From a virus, in IMG/VR virus record IMGVR_UViG_3300020215_000004: a DNA stretch of 64,000 nucleotides; one strand, written 5' to 3'. A model generated the notes under the pieces. That model saw nothing but the letters and a program-made list of their open reading frames with translations. It was not told where the DNA came from and ran no database searches. Each line of letters begins with the position of its first letter. Position 1 is the stretch's first letter. Shown in pieces: positions 26,016 to 32,928 of the stretch. The position numbers were made by a program, and so were the translations under genes.

Positions 26016-27958
26016 CGAGCAGCTGAGACCAAACGATCCGCTAAACCGAGATTGCCAGCGACAACTGCGGCGCCATCGTAGGAAAGATGGGCTGCATCCC
26101 GAAATAGCAGCGTATTGCCGCGTCTCGTGACGCATACGGCCTCAGCGCACATTGCCGTTGTCGGCCAAACTACTGGGATGGCCGCCTCTGCAGCAGCGCG
26201 ATCTAGGTATGCGAGCACGTGGCGCCGCCTGCGACGCCACTCGGTCTCTGGAAAGCGGCAATCGGCTTCCTCATCTGACACGAGGCCGCGAATGAGGCGC
26301 TCTTGGCACTGGGCGTAGTCGTCTCCAGTGAACGGAATAGGCCCCAGCATGACTACACGTTTGCCCGCCGCGCGAAGTTCTCGCGCTAAGACAACGTAAG
26401 ATGCTTGGAGCTGCGCAGGTTGCGCATAAGAAGAACTGAGCACCACTATCTCTATCGAGGGCGTGCGCTCAACGTACGCCAACACATCTGCATTGAATGC
26501 GCGGCACAATTCCAGAGATCGGGCGCGCGCCGCATCGGCGTGCGGATTGACAAACTCGCCGTACATCGGAGCACAACTTGGTCGCGTTGCCTGAAGCATT
26601 CCGCGCGGACCAAGCTGTCGCCCAAGCGCCTCGCCCCACATCATGGCGTTGGAGTCGCCCCAGAGGATTACGCGCGGTCGCGCAGTCGTTCGGCAAAGCT
26701 CTACAATGTCGGCGAACGTGACGGGGCCGTTGGCGCTGCACTGTTCGCCGAGTCCGTAATTCGGGCGGAAGATGTGCCGGAAATCAGCATCGGCGAGCGG
26801 ATCGCCAGTGGACGGCGTGAATGTCGAGGCGAAAGCGCTCAAGCCATTGCTTGGTGCGGTGACATAGAGGCTTCCTGCTACGAGCACGGCCGCCGCCGTG
26901 GCAAGGCCAGAGGTTAGACTTATGCGCGCTTTCGTGAAGCTGCGCCGGAACGGCTCTTCGATCCAGGTGTAGAGCGCAAGGCTTAAAGCAATAGACGCCG
27001 CAAGAGCCGCTAACGTCCCCCACTCCGGAAGATCTGGCCAGCGAGCTCGCATCAGCACGAGCACCGGCCAATGCACGAGGTAGAGAGAGTAGGAGAAATT
27101 TCCCACCCACGCGACGGCGCGGACGGGAGGGCTCCGTTCCGCTTCTCCGCCCGTTGCGCCGAGAATGAGGACCAGGGTTGCAAGGCATACAATCGCGGAG
27201 TCCACGCCGGGGTGCGGCCCTCCGATTGGAAACGCCGGGGTTGCCAGCAAGACGATCAGTGCGGGAACGCGGAGCCAGGAAAGCAAGGGCGCGCCCATGA
27301 ACCGCGAGGCGACAAGCGCGGCAAAAGACCCGAGCGCCAACTGCCAAGCACGCGATGGGAGAAGATAGAACGCCGCGGAAGGATCGATCGTCAACAGGTA
27401 GACAGTCAGCGCCGCGCTTCCTGCGAGGATCACAGCAATGATCGCCAGCCATGCTTTGCGCGGCGCGAACGCCAGCAGCGCGGGCATCACCAGATAATAC
27501 TGCTCCTCCAGCGAAAGCGACCAAAAATGTAGGAGCGGTTTCGTCGCGGCCTCGCTGTCGAAATATCCAGCCTGCTGCCAGAAAATGAAGTTGGATGAAA
27601 ACGTGATGGCGCCGATGGCTTGGCCCCTCAGCTCATCCAGCGCCGAGTCCGACACACAGAAAGGTGCCGCAATCAGCGTCAAGCCGAGAACAAGGAAAGC
27701 CGCCGGCAAGAGCCGTTTAGCGCGGCGATAGTAGAACGATGCGAATGAGAACGAGTGCGCGTCGATGCTCTTCGCGATTAGCCCCGTAATCAGAAAACCA
27801 GAGATGACAAAGAAAACATCGACGCCAAGATACCCAGCCGGAAGTGGCAGTCCTGCGTGATATAGCACGACTGCCAGCACGGCGAAGCCGCGTAACGCCT
27901 GAATGTCCGTCCGCAGCTCGTTCTTTGGCGCGCCAGCCGGAGCGACATATGGGGTCAT
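26012..27958 (-). CDS. acyltransferase family 3 (OafA/YrhL-like) with C-terminal SGNH domain; O-antigen modification moron
   Basis: ALRGFAVLAVVLYHAG...GVDVFFVISGFLIT, about 10 TM segments, C-terminal VILWGDSNAMMWGEAL (SGNH block I). Confidence 0.8.
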   Translation of the reverse strand: MTPYVAPAGAPKNELRTDIQALRGFAVLAVVLYHAGLPLPAGYLGVDVFFVISGFLITGLIAKSIDAHSFSFASFYYRRAKRLLPAAFLVLGLTLIAAPFCVSDSALDELRGQAIGAITFSSNFIFWQQAGYFDSEAATKPLLHFWSLSLEEQYYLVMPALLAFAPRKAWLAIIAVILAGSAALTVYLLTIDPSAAFYLLPSRAWQLALGSFAALVASRFMGAPLLSWLRVPALIVLLATPAFPIGGPHPGVDSAIVCLATLVLILGATGGEAERSPPVRAVAWVGNFSYSLYLVHWPVLVLMRARWPDLPEWGTLAALAASIALSLALYTWIEEPFRRSFTKARISLTSGLATAAAVLVAGSLYVTAPSNGLSAFASTFTPSTGDPLADADFRHIFRPNYGLGEQCSANGPVTFADIVELCRTTARPRVILWGDSNAMMWGEALGRQLGPRGMLQATRPSCAPMYGEFVNPHADAARARSLELCRAFNADVLAYVERTPSIEIVVLSSSYAQPAQLQASYVVLARELRAAGKRVVMLGPIPFTGDDYAQCQERLIRGLVSDEEADCRFPETEWRRRRRHVLAYLDRAAAEAAIPVVWPTTAMCAEAVCVTRRGNTLLFRDAAHLSYDGAAVVAGNLGLADRLVSAAR

Positions 27959-28026
27959 ATCGCCGCTAGCCTAGCCCTCCCTCATTTCCGCGCCAACCCC
28001 GCGCCCGAAGTCAGGGCCCCGATAAT

Positions 28027-28647
28027 TCAGCTCAATGGCACATCTGGATCATGCTTCCGCTTCTTCTTGGCTATACGAGTTTTGCCGCTATCTTTGGGCT
28101 GAGCGCCGGTTTCAGGTTGGGCTTGTGCTCGGCTTCCTCGGCGGCTGCTTGTGGGTGCTTTCTGCGGTTTACCTGACGCTTCAGGTTCTCGCGGCTTAGC
28201 GGTCGAGAGCGCCCCTTTTTCCTCCTGATCGCTCAGCATAATCACGACTGCTGCGACAGAGGCCAGGCTGCCAGCGGCGCCGATCGTCCGGCCTAGCCAT
28301 TCACCGGCAACCCTGAAAGCGTTTCGTGTTACTGGGTCTTTCTTCGTTTCGAGCTCTGCGCGATCTTCCTTGATTTGGCCGGCGACAATGCGACGCGCGA
28401 CATCCAGAACGTCGAGCTTTTGCTTTTTGCTCAGAACCGCCGGGAAGGCTTCGTGATAAGCGGCGAAGAATCCGCCGAAGTCGCCCGCCGCAACCAGCGC
28501 TTCCTTTCCGCACCGCGTGCAAAAAGCGGGCGCACTGTCGGCTAGTGACGGCGCGAATAATCCCATCGGCCGGAACGAGAAGGCAAAGTGGCAGCTCCGA
28601 CAGATCGCAAGTTTTTCCATGCCGCCATGATAGGACGCGCGAGCCAT
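28027..28647 (-). CDS. zinc-ribbon / single-TM protein, unknown function
   Basis: CRSCHF...CTRCGKE, TM segment GAAGSLASVAAVVIML, basic low-complexity tail. Start ambiguous (28683/28647/28620). Confidence 0.4.
   Translation of the reverse strand: MARASYHGGMEKLAICRSCHFAFSFRPMGLFAPSLADSAPAFCTRCGKEALVAAGDFGGFFAAYHEAFPAVLSKKQKLDVLDVARRIVAGQIKEDRAELETKKDPVTRNAFRVAGEWLGRTIGAAGSLASVAAVVIMLSDQEEKGALSTAKPREPEASGKPQKAPTSSRRGSRAQAQPETGAQPKDSGKTRIAKKKRKHDPDVPLS
28035..28199 (+). CDS. possible 54-aa TM protein antisense to the 3' end of 28027-28647
   Basis: ATG lies 8 nt after the third copy of the CAACCCC-N19/20-GATAAT element. Hydrophobic core VGLVLGFLGGCLWVLSAVYLTL. Below the ORF-track cutoff. Confidence 0.2.
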   Translation: MAHLDHASASSWLYEFCRYLWAERRFQVGLVLGFLGGCLWVLSAVYLTLQVLAA

Positions 28648-28691
28648 AAGCCAACCCCGCGTTTCCCGTGGAGCGGCGCACAATCTGAGGC

Positions 28692-29006
28692 ATGGATTTA
28701 CTGCAGATCACGGCCTATGTGCGCGGTCTTTTAGCGAAGCTTGCGCAGTCGGGCTGGCGTCCAATCTTCGGCTGGGGCGGCGGGCTCATGCTCTTGGGCG
28801 CGTTGAAGTTCGCGTACATGGACGCGCCGATGGCGGGCGTAGCGCTCTCTGACGGGTACTACACGGGGCTGAATACGGCTCTGGGCTTGTTCCTGGGCGC
28901 GTTCGTTGCCCGTGGCGTCGAGAAGCACATGCAGAACCGGTCCGAGGCCGCACCGTATGTCGCCCCAACTGGCGGCGCGGTGAACAACGCGGCGATCTCG
29001 GGATGA
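28692..29006 (+). CDS. holin (putative)
   Basis: 104 aa with 2-3 TM segments, first gene of a cassette followed by spanin-like genes. Confidence 0.45.
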   Translation: MDLLQITAYVRGLLAKLAQSGWRPIFGWGGGLMLLGALKFAYMDAPMAGVALSDGYYTGLNTALGLFLGAFVARGVEKHMQNRSEAAPYVAPTGGAVNNAAISG

Positions 29007-29095
29007 GGCGCTTCGGCGCAATCGTGGGCTTTGTTCTTGGCGCTTCCGTTACGTGGTTTGCGGCCATGGCTCTTTACACGATCGGGGTGCCGTGA
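29003..29095 (+). CDS. 30-aa single-TM protein (lysis cassette)
   Basis: ATGA overlap with the holin stop. Sequence MRRFGAIVGFVLGASVTWFAAMALYTIGVP. Below the ORF-track cutoff. Confidence 0.3.
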   Translation: MRRFGAIVGFVLGASVTWFAAMALYTIGVP

Positions 29096-29097
29096 AG

Positions 29098-29646
29098 ATG
29101 CCCTGGTGGATTTGGCCTCTCGTCGCTGTCTTTGTGCTCGTTCTGATCTTGAACGAGGTTCGCCAGCGCAGCCCTTGGTTTGCTGGAAAGCTCGGCTCGT
29201 TTCTCTCCCCTCTTGGGGCGCTGGTGAAGGGATGGCCGTGGACGAACATCATTCGTCTCGCGGCCATCCCGGTCATCATTGGCGCGGTTGTTCTCTACGC
29301 GGAGAACCACGGCGCCACGAATGAGCGTCTCGAGCAGGCTGAGGATACGCGCAAGGTCATCGAACACGAAACGGGCGTAGCGAACCAGGCCGTCGAACTG
29401 TCGGAACGCACGCACCACAACACCAACGCCGCGCGCGCCGCGGCAGAAGCAGGACAAGAGGATATCGCCAATGCCGTCGCTTCGCTTCCCCCGGTCGTTA
29501 CGGCTGAGCATTTTGCTGAGCTGGATCGGCGCTACCGCAGTTCTTACCAGCGGGTGCTTGGGCTCGATGCGGGAAGTACGGGTCAGCCAGATCCCGGTGC
29601 GGCCGGACTTGCGCCAGTGCGTCGCTCTCCAACCAACCCCGCCTGA
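29098..29646 (+). CDS. i-spanin (Rz-like), putative
   Basis: N-terminal TM (WWIWPLVAVFVLVLIL), second hydrophobic segment, helical periplasmic part. The o-spanin-like ORF starts inside it. Confidence 0.45.
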   Translation: MPWWIWPLVAVFVLVLILNEVRQRSPWFAGKLGSFLSPLGALVKGWPWTNIIRLAAIPVIIGAVVLYAENHGATNERLEQAEDTRKVIEHETGVANQAVELSERTHHNTNAARAAAEAGQEDIANAVASLPPVVTAEHFAELDRRYRSSYQRVLGLDAGSTGQPDPGAAGLAPVRRSPTNPA

Positions 29647-29893
29647 AGCGCGCCCGCCAATCGCGTCAGACCCGGATATGAGCGCGTTGTTTGAAGCGGC
29701 GGGCCTCACGCCCTCGCCAGCAACGCAAGCCATCCAGGAAGCCGCAGGAAACCACGCGCGGGCCGTCCAATTCGAGGAGCGCGCCGCCGGCGATAGCCGC
29801 GATCTCGCGCAAGCTTCCGTGCTACGGGAAATGTGCGAGAAGCTTGGCGAAGTCGTTTCACTTGTTGACGCCAATAACGCGGGGCCGGAATGA
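29471..29893 (+). CDS. o-spanin (Rz1-like) lipoprotein, putative
   Basis: Signal peptide with lipobox LTSGC, Pro-rich region after the Cys. Starts in the +1 frame within the i-spanin gene and extends beyond it. Confidence 0.5.
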   Translation: MPSLRFPRSLRLSILLSWIGATAVLTSGCLGSMREVRVSQIPVRPDLRQCVALQPTPPEARPPIASDPDMSALFEAAGLTPSPATQAIQEAAGNHARAVQFEERAAGDSRDLAQASVLREMCEKLGEVVSLVDANNAGPE

Positions 29894-29897
29894 GGGC

Positions 29898-30038
29898 CTA
29901 TTTCTTCTTCTTGGACGGGCGCTGCGTGAGTGCGGACGCCGCGGCCGACTTTTCCGCCTTCGAGGACGATGGATCGCGAAGCACCTTCGACGCAGCTTTC
30001 CCGGCCTTCGATCCCGTCACTTCGTTACGCTTTGCCAT
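29898..30038 (-). CDS. 46-aa basic Ser/Ala/Lys-rich protein
   Basis: MAKRNEVTGSKAGKAASKVLRDPSSSKAEKSAAASALTQRPSKKKK. Below the ORF-track cutoff. Far more protein-like than the overlapping + strand ORF 29890-30084. Confidence 0.4.
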   Translation of the reverse strand: MAKRNEVTGSKAGKAASKVLRDPSSSKAEKSAAASALTQRPSKKKK

Positions 30039-30088
30039 GAGCAATCTCCAATCGCCGCCACTCGGCGGCCGAGGCGGATACTAGCACG

Positions 30089-30412
30089 ATGTCCGAGAAA
30101 ATCATTCCTCTGCGTTCGTTGACTTCGTGGAAGGAAGCTGAAGGCGGCTTGGCCGAACGCCTCCGGATCGAGCTCGGCTCGCTCGCCAACGTCTACGCCA
30201 GCGATCTCGCCGGCTACGTGGTGGTTTGCGTGAATGGCCTCGGCGAATGGTCTCTGTCGTGGAAGGTGGACGAGGACTCTCCCATTGGCCGGACCATGCT
30301 GGCGGGCCTAGCTCTGGCAGCCGTGCAGCACGATATGATCGCGGACAGCGCGGCGATGGAAGCGATCGTCCGCAATGGGCTTCGGGAGCAACCACCGGAG
30401 TCGGAAAGCTGA
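30089..30412 (+). CDS. hypothetical protein
   Basis: 107-aa ORF with normal composition. No motif recognised. Confidence 0.4.
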   Translation: MSEKIIPLRSLTSWKEAEGGLAERLRIELGSLANVYASDLAGYVVVCVNGLGEWSLSWKVDEDSPIGRTMLAGLALAAVQHDMIADSAAMEAIVRNGLREQPPESES

Positions 30413-30436
30413 GGCCCGCGCGGTCACGCGTCGAAG

Positions 30437-30763
30437 CTAGGCGGCTGCGGAGGCGGCTTTCACCCACTTGGAGAGCGAGGACGCTGAAACGTTCATTTCG
30501 CGCGCGATCTCAGCGTAGCTTCGTTTTGGGTTTTCCAGCTTCATCTTGATCGCGTCGGACTTGCGCTGTTTGCGCGTCATGCGATCCTGGAAGCGCTGCG
30601 TCGCAGCGGCGTGCCGTGCGGCCTGTTCTGGCGTTGGCAGCGTCACGCGCGCTGTGCGCTCACTCAGGCGCACTTCTAGAACCGATCCATCGTCCAAGGT
30701 GGAGACGGTCACGCTTTCGGATCGTTGCGCAATCGGGACAGGCGGAATATCGGCGGGGCTCAT
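30437..30763 (-). CDS. small DNA-binding protein, C-terminal HTH
   Basis: ATGA coupling to the upstream gene. C-terminus RSYAEIAREMNVSASSLSKWVK is HTH-like. Confidence 0.5.
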   Translation of the reverse strand: MSPADIPPVPIAQRSESVTVSTLDDGSVLEVRLSERTARVTLPTPEQAARHAAATQRFQDRMTRKQRKSDAIKMKLENPKRSYAEIAREMNVSASSLSKWVKAASAAA

Positions 30764-31554
30764 GCAGCGTCGCGCGCCCAACGCTTCAACGTCGATAGCG
30801 GAACGCCCGTGAGCCGGTGGACTTGGGCCGGTCCTTGGCCCTGACGCAACATGAGCCGGGCCGTGGCCCGGTTCGGATCATCCAGATTGCGAACCTGAGC
30901 CCGGCTCATTTTCTGGCTCATGGGCTTTGGCTCACGGCTCGGCTCAGTCGGAAATGAGCCGGGCTCGTGAGCCTGTGAGCCTGGGGCCATCGCAAGGGCC
31001 ACTGAGCCAGCGAGCCCGCCGGAAATGGCCCGCAAGTGAGCCCGTGAGCCTTTCGGCTTGGGGGTGTGAGCCTCGTCCTGTGAGCCTTGGTCCGGCTGCT
31101 TTATTTCGGGTGCGAGTTCGGTTTCTTCGACAGCCCACATGAGCCAAGGATCGATCCACGCCGAGCCTAAGAAGAAGATCAGCAGGAAGGCAGACTGAGC
31201 CCACTCCACGCTTAGGACGGATTCGATCTGGACCGGCCCGCCTTGGGTCATCTCGAACGCGTGGTGAGCCGAGTAGCCCGACCATGAGCCGAATAGGCCA
31301 AGGGCCATGAGCCATACCAGTGTGGCCCTGTGAGCTTTCTTAGACCCGGCTCGGCGCATCTGGACCGATGCGTTCAAAAGCATGACGCAGGCGATGAGCG
31401 AAACAGCGGCCGAAATGAACCCTTCGCCGGTGTAGCCGTTCTGCGCAATCCAACCCCAAGCGCCGAACCCGCCCATAAACAAAGCCCAGCCGATCACGAC
31501 AGGGCGAACCCAATCGTTCGGCGGCGGCGGCTCGTAGGCTTCCACGGCGGACAT
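30760..31554 (-). CDS. membrane protein (4 TM) with C-terminal HTH; contains the TGAGCC array
   Basis: N-terminal TM segments, low-complexity linker, C-terminus QVHRLTGVPLSTLKRWARD (HTH-like). Confidence 0.5.
   Translation of the reverse strand: MSAVEAYEPPPPNDWVRPVVIGWALFMGGFGAWGWIAQNGYTGEGFISAAVSLIACVMLLNASVQMRRAGSKKAHRATLVWLMALGLFGSWSGYSAHHAFEMTQGGPVQIESVLSVEWAQSAFLLIFFLGSAWIDPWLMWAVEETELAPEIKQPDQGSQDEAHTPKPKGSRAHLRAISGGLAGSVALAMAPGSQAHEPGSFPTEPSREPKPMSQKMSRAQVRNLDDPNRATARLMLRQGQGPAQVHRLTGVPLSTLKRWARDAA
30810..31313 (+). repeat. array of 16 co-oriented TGAGCC hexamers plus 4 inverted copies (GGCTCA at 30903-30946)
   Basis: Direct copies start at 30810, 30852, 30896, 30955, 30968, 30976, 31003, 31037, 31045, 31067, 31081, 31140, 31196, 31265, 31285 and 31308. 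They occupy all three codon phases of the host ORF (6/4/6). Confidence 0.9.
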
Positions 31555-31580
31555 TCCGCCTCAGATTTGCGCGCCGCCTC

Positions 31581-31799
31581 TTAAGAGGTCCTTAAGCTTG
31601 ATCGCGCTTTCCTGAGTCTTCCCCCGTCGATCGACTGCGGGGAGCATGGGCGCTTAACGGCAGGCGGACGGTCTCGATAGGGGCCGTCCGTTCGCGCGAC
31701 CCGTGCGGCTGGCGCGTTCTCCCGCTTCTCCCTAGCGAACTTGTCGAACTCGTAAGCTACGATCTCAGGAGGCGTTTTGCCTTCCCACTCGGGTTTCAT
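31581..31799 (-). CDS. hypothetical protein (doubtful)
   Basis: First half is protein-like (MKPEWEGKTPPEIVAYEFDKFAREKRE). Second half is Arg/Pro-rich. Confidence 0.25.
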   Translation of the reverse strand: MKPEWEGKTPPEIVAYEFDKFAREKRENAPAARVARTDGPYRDRPPAVKRPCSPQSIDGGRLRKARSSLRTS

Positions 31800-31800
31800 T

Positions 31801-31844
31801 TCTAAGTCTCCAGTCTAGAGACCCCATGCGGGGAGGGATGTAGG
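31801..31844 (+). repeat. direct repeat copy A (44 bp) with internal stem-loop
   Basis: TCTAAGTCTCCAGTCTAGAGACCCCATGCGGGGAGGGATGTAGG. 42/44 identical to 32602-32645. ATCAAATCAG follows both copies. Confidence 0.9.
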
Positions 31845-31874
31845 CGCGCGAATCAAATCAGGGTAGGGTGCGGT

Positions 31875-32366
31875 ATGAGTGAGACTCTGCTCCACCGGAT
31901 AATTCGGATGAAAGAGGGCGACAAGATCGGCGATTACACGGTGATGCTGGTGGGGCGAGAGACCGTAAAGGGATTGTTCGGGAAGAAGCCATCGCAGGAG
32001 AGCCACGGCGTGCGTGAAGAAGACATCCCAGACGGCGCCGAGTTAGTCATTCAACCATGCGGCGTCGATATGAAGATCGGCGACGATCTTATTCCGGCGG
32101 GGCAGGGAGGCATCTGCGACCGCATCGGCGGGCGCTGGGTGCTCCGCAAGCCAGTAGTATCCGACGATGGCGAGCACAGTCTCCCTCGCATGCTCGCTAC
32201 CGCCTTCGTGGAGGCGCTGCGCAAGCAACCGGAGGAGCCATACCTCGACAAGCTCAACGACCTGAACTGCTTCGTGATCGATGGGAGATGCGATCTCATC
32301 CGCGCGTTCGAGGATGTCTTGGATGCAGCGGCCGATGCGGGCTATGTGCTCGTCCGCGACGAGTAG
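31875..32366 (+). CDS. hypothetical protein
   Basis: 163-aa ORF between the two direct repeats. Acidic, ordinary composition. Confidence 0.5.
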   Translation: MSETLLHRIIRMKEGDKIGDYTVMLVGRETVKGLFGKKPSQESHGVREEDIPDGAELVIQPCGVDMKIGDDLIPAGQGGICDRIGGRWVLRKPVVSDDGEHSLPRMLATAFVEALRKQPEEPYLDKLNDLNCFVIDGRCDLIRAFEDVLDAAADAGYVLVRDE

Positions 32367-32369
32367 AGG

Positions 32370-32408
32370 AATGGGCCAACAAAGGGCCAAAGGAGCCATC
32401 ATGAGCCG
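32370..32408. repeat. inverted repeat, left arm (39 bp)
   Basis: AATGGGCCAACAAAGGGCCAAAGGAGCCATCATGAGCCG. 37/39 complementary to 32562-32600. Confidence 0.9.
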
Positions 32409-32571
32409 CTGGAATCCGAAGCCGGAAGAATACAAACCAGCGCCGCCGCCTTGGTGCCAGTACTGTGGCGCTAAGTTTGCGCAAGGCGCCGCCGTCAAAT
32501 GGGTAGGCGGCTTTAGCTACCATCCAGACTGCGCCGACGAGGACCAGGAACGGCTCACCATCGGCTCATGA
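32401..32571 (+). CDS. 56-aa CxxC...HxxC zinc-binding-like protein
   Basis: Start and stop codons lie in the two arms of the 39-bp inverted repeat. Sequence MSRWNPKPEEYKPAPPPWCQYCGAKF...YHPDCADED. Confidence 0.4.
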   Translation: MSRWNPKPEEYKPAPPPWCQYCGAKFAQGAAVKWVGGFSYHPDCADEDQERLTIGS

Positions 32572-32600
32572 TGGCCCCTTTGGCGCTTTGTTGGCCCATT
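32562..32600. repeat. inverted repeat, right arm (39 bp)
   Basis: CGGCTCATGATGGCCCCTTTGGCGCTTTGTTGGCCCATT. Abuts direct repeat copy B. Confidence 0.9.
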
Positions 32601-32601
32601 T

Positions 32602-32645
32602 TCTAAGTCTCCATTCTGGAGACCCCATGCGGGGAGGGATGTAGG
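32602..32645 (+). repeat. direct repeat copy B (44 bp)
   Basis: TCTAAGTCTCCATTCTGGAGACCCCATGCGGGGAGGGATGTAGG. Its stem GTCTCCA/TGGAGAC is perfect. Confidence 0.9.
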
Positions 32646-32752
32646 GCGCTTCCCCGCGCACATCAAATCAGCTATATGCTCGCATCATGATTTGGCGACC
32701 GCACCCCCGACATTCGACACGAATGTGACGCGCTTCGATTGAGCGCGTCCAT

Positions 32753-32829
32753 TGGGGCGTAGCTCAATCTGGAAGAGCGACGGCTTTGGGTGCCGTTGGT
32801 TGCGAGTTCAAATCCCGCCGCCCCAACCA
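32753..32829 (+). tRNA. tRNA-Pro (anticodon TGG), CCA encoded
   Basis: Hand-folded cloverleaf. Acceptor TGGGGCG/CGCCCCA, D arm GCTC..GAGC, anticodon arm ACGGC-TTTGGGT-GCCGT, T arm GCGAG-TTCAAAT-CCCGC (one A.C mismatch). Confidence 0.75.
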
Positions 32830-32833
32830 CTTC

Positions 32834-32907
32834 TCCGGCTTAGCTCAATGGTAGAGCGGCGGGTTGTGTCCCCGAGGACGGCGGTTCGATTCCGCCAGCC
32901 GGTACCA
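32834..32907 (+). tRNA. tRNA-His-like (anticodon GTG), CCA encoded, atypical
   Basis: T arm GGCGG-TTCGATT-CCGCC is good. Anticodon loop TTGTGTC. Deviations are a U1.U72 mismatch, a G27.A43 mismatch and U37. Carries A73 and U72. Confidence 0.55.
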
Positions 32908-32928
32908 TTCCTTTTTGGTGCTGCGGTC

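Noticed and set aside
29890-30084. 64-aa plus-strand ORF after the o-spanin
   Set aside because: Odd composition and no SD. The opposite strand encodes a cleaner 46-aa basic protein (29898-30038) with its own ATG.
30810-31313. TGAGCC array as a CRISPR array or tandem satellite
   Set aside because: The units are 6 bp with irregular spacing, lie inside an ORF, and have no repeat-spacer periodicity or cas genes. It is not CRISPR.
32752-32928. N-terminal extension of the HNH ORF given in the ORF track (32752-33348)
   Set aside because: The extension is the translation of the two tRNA genes. The real start is ATG 32929.
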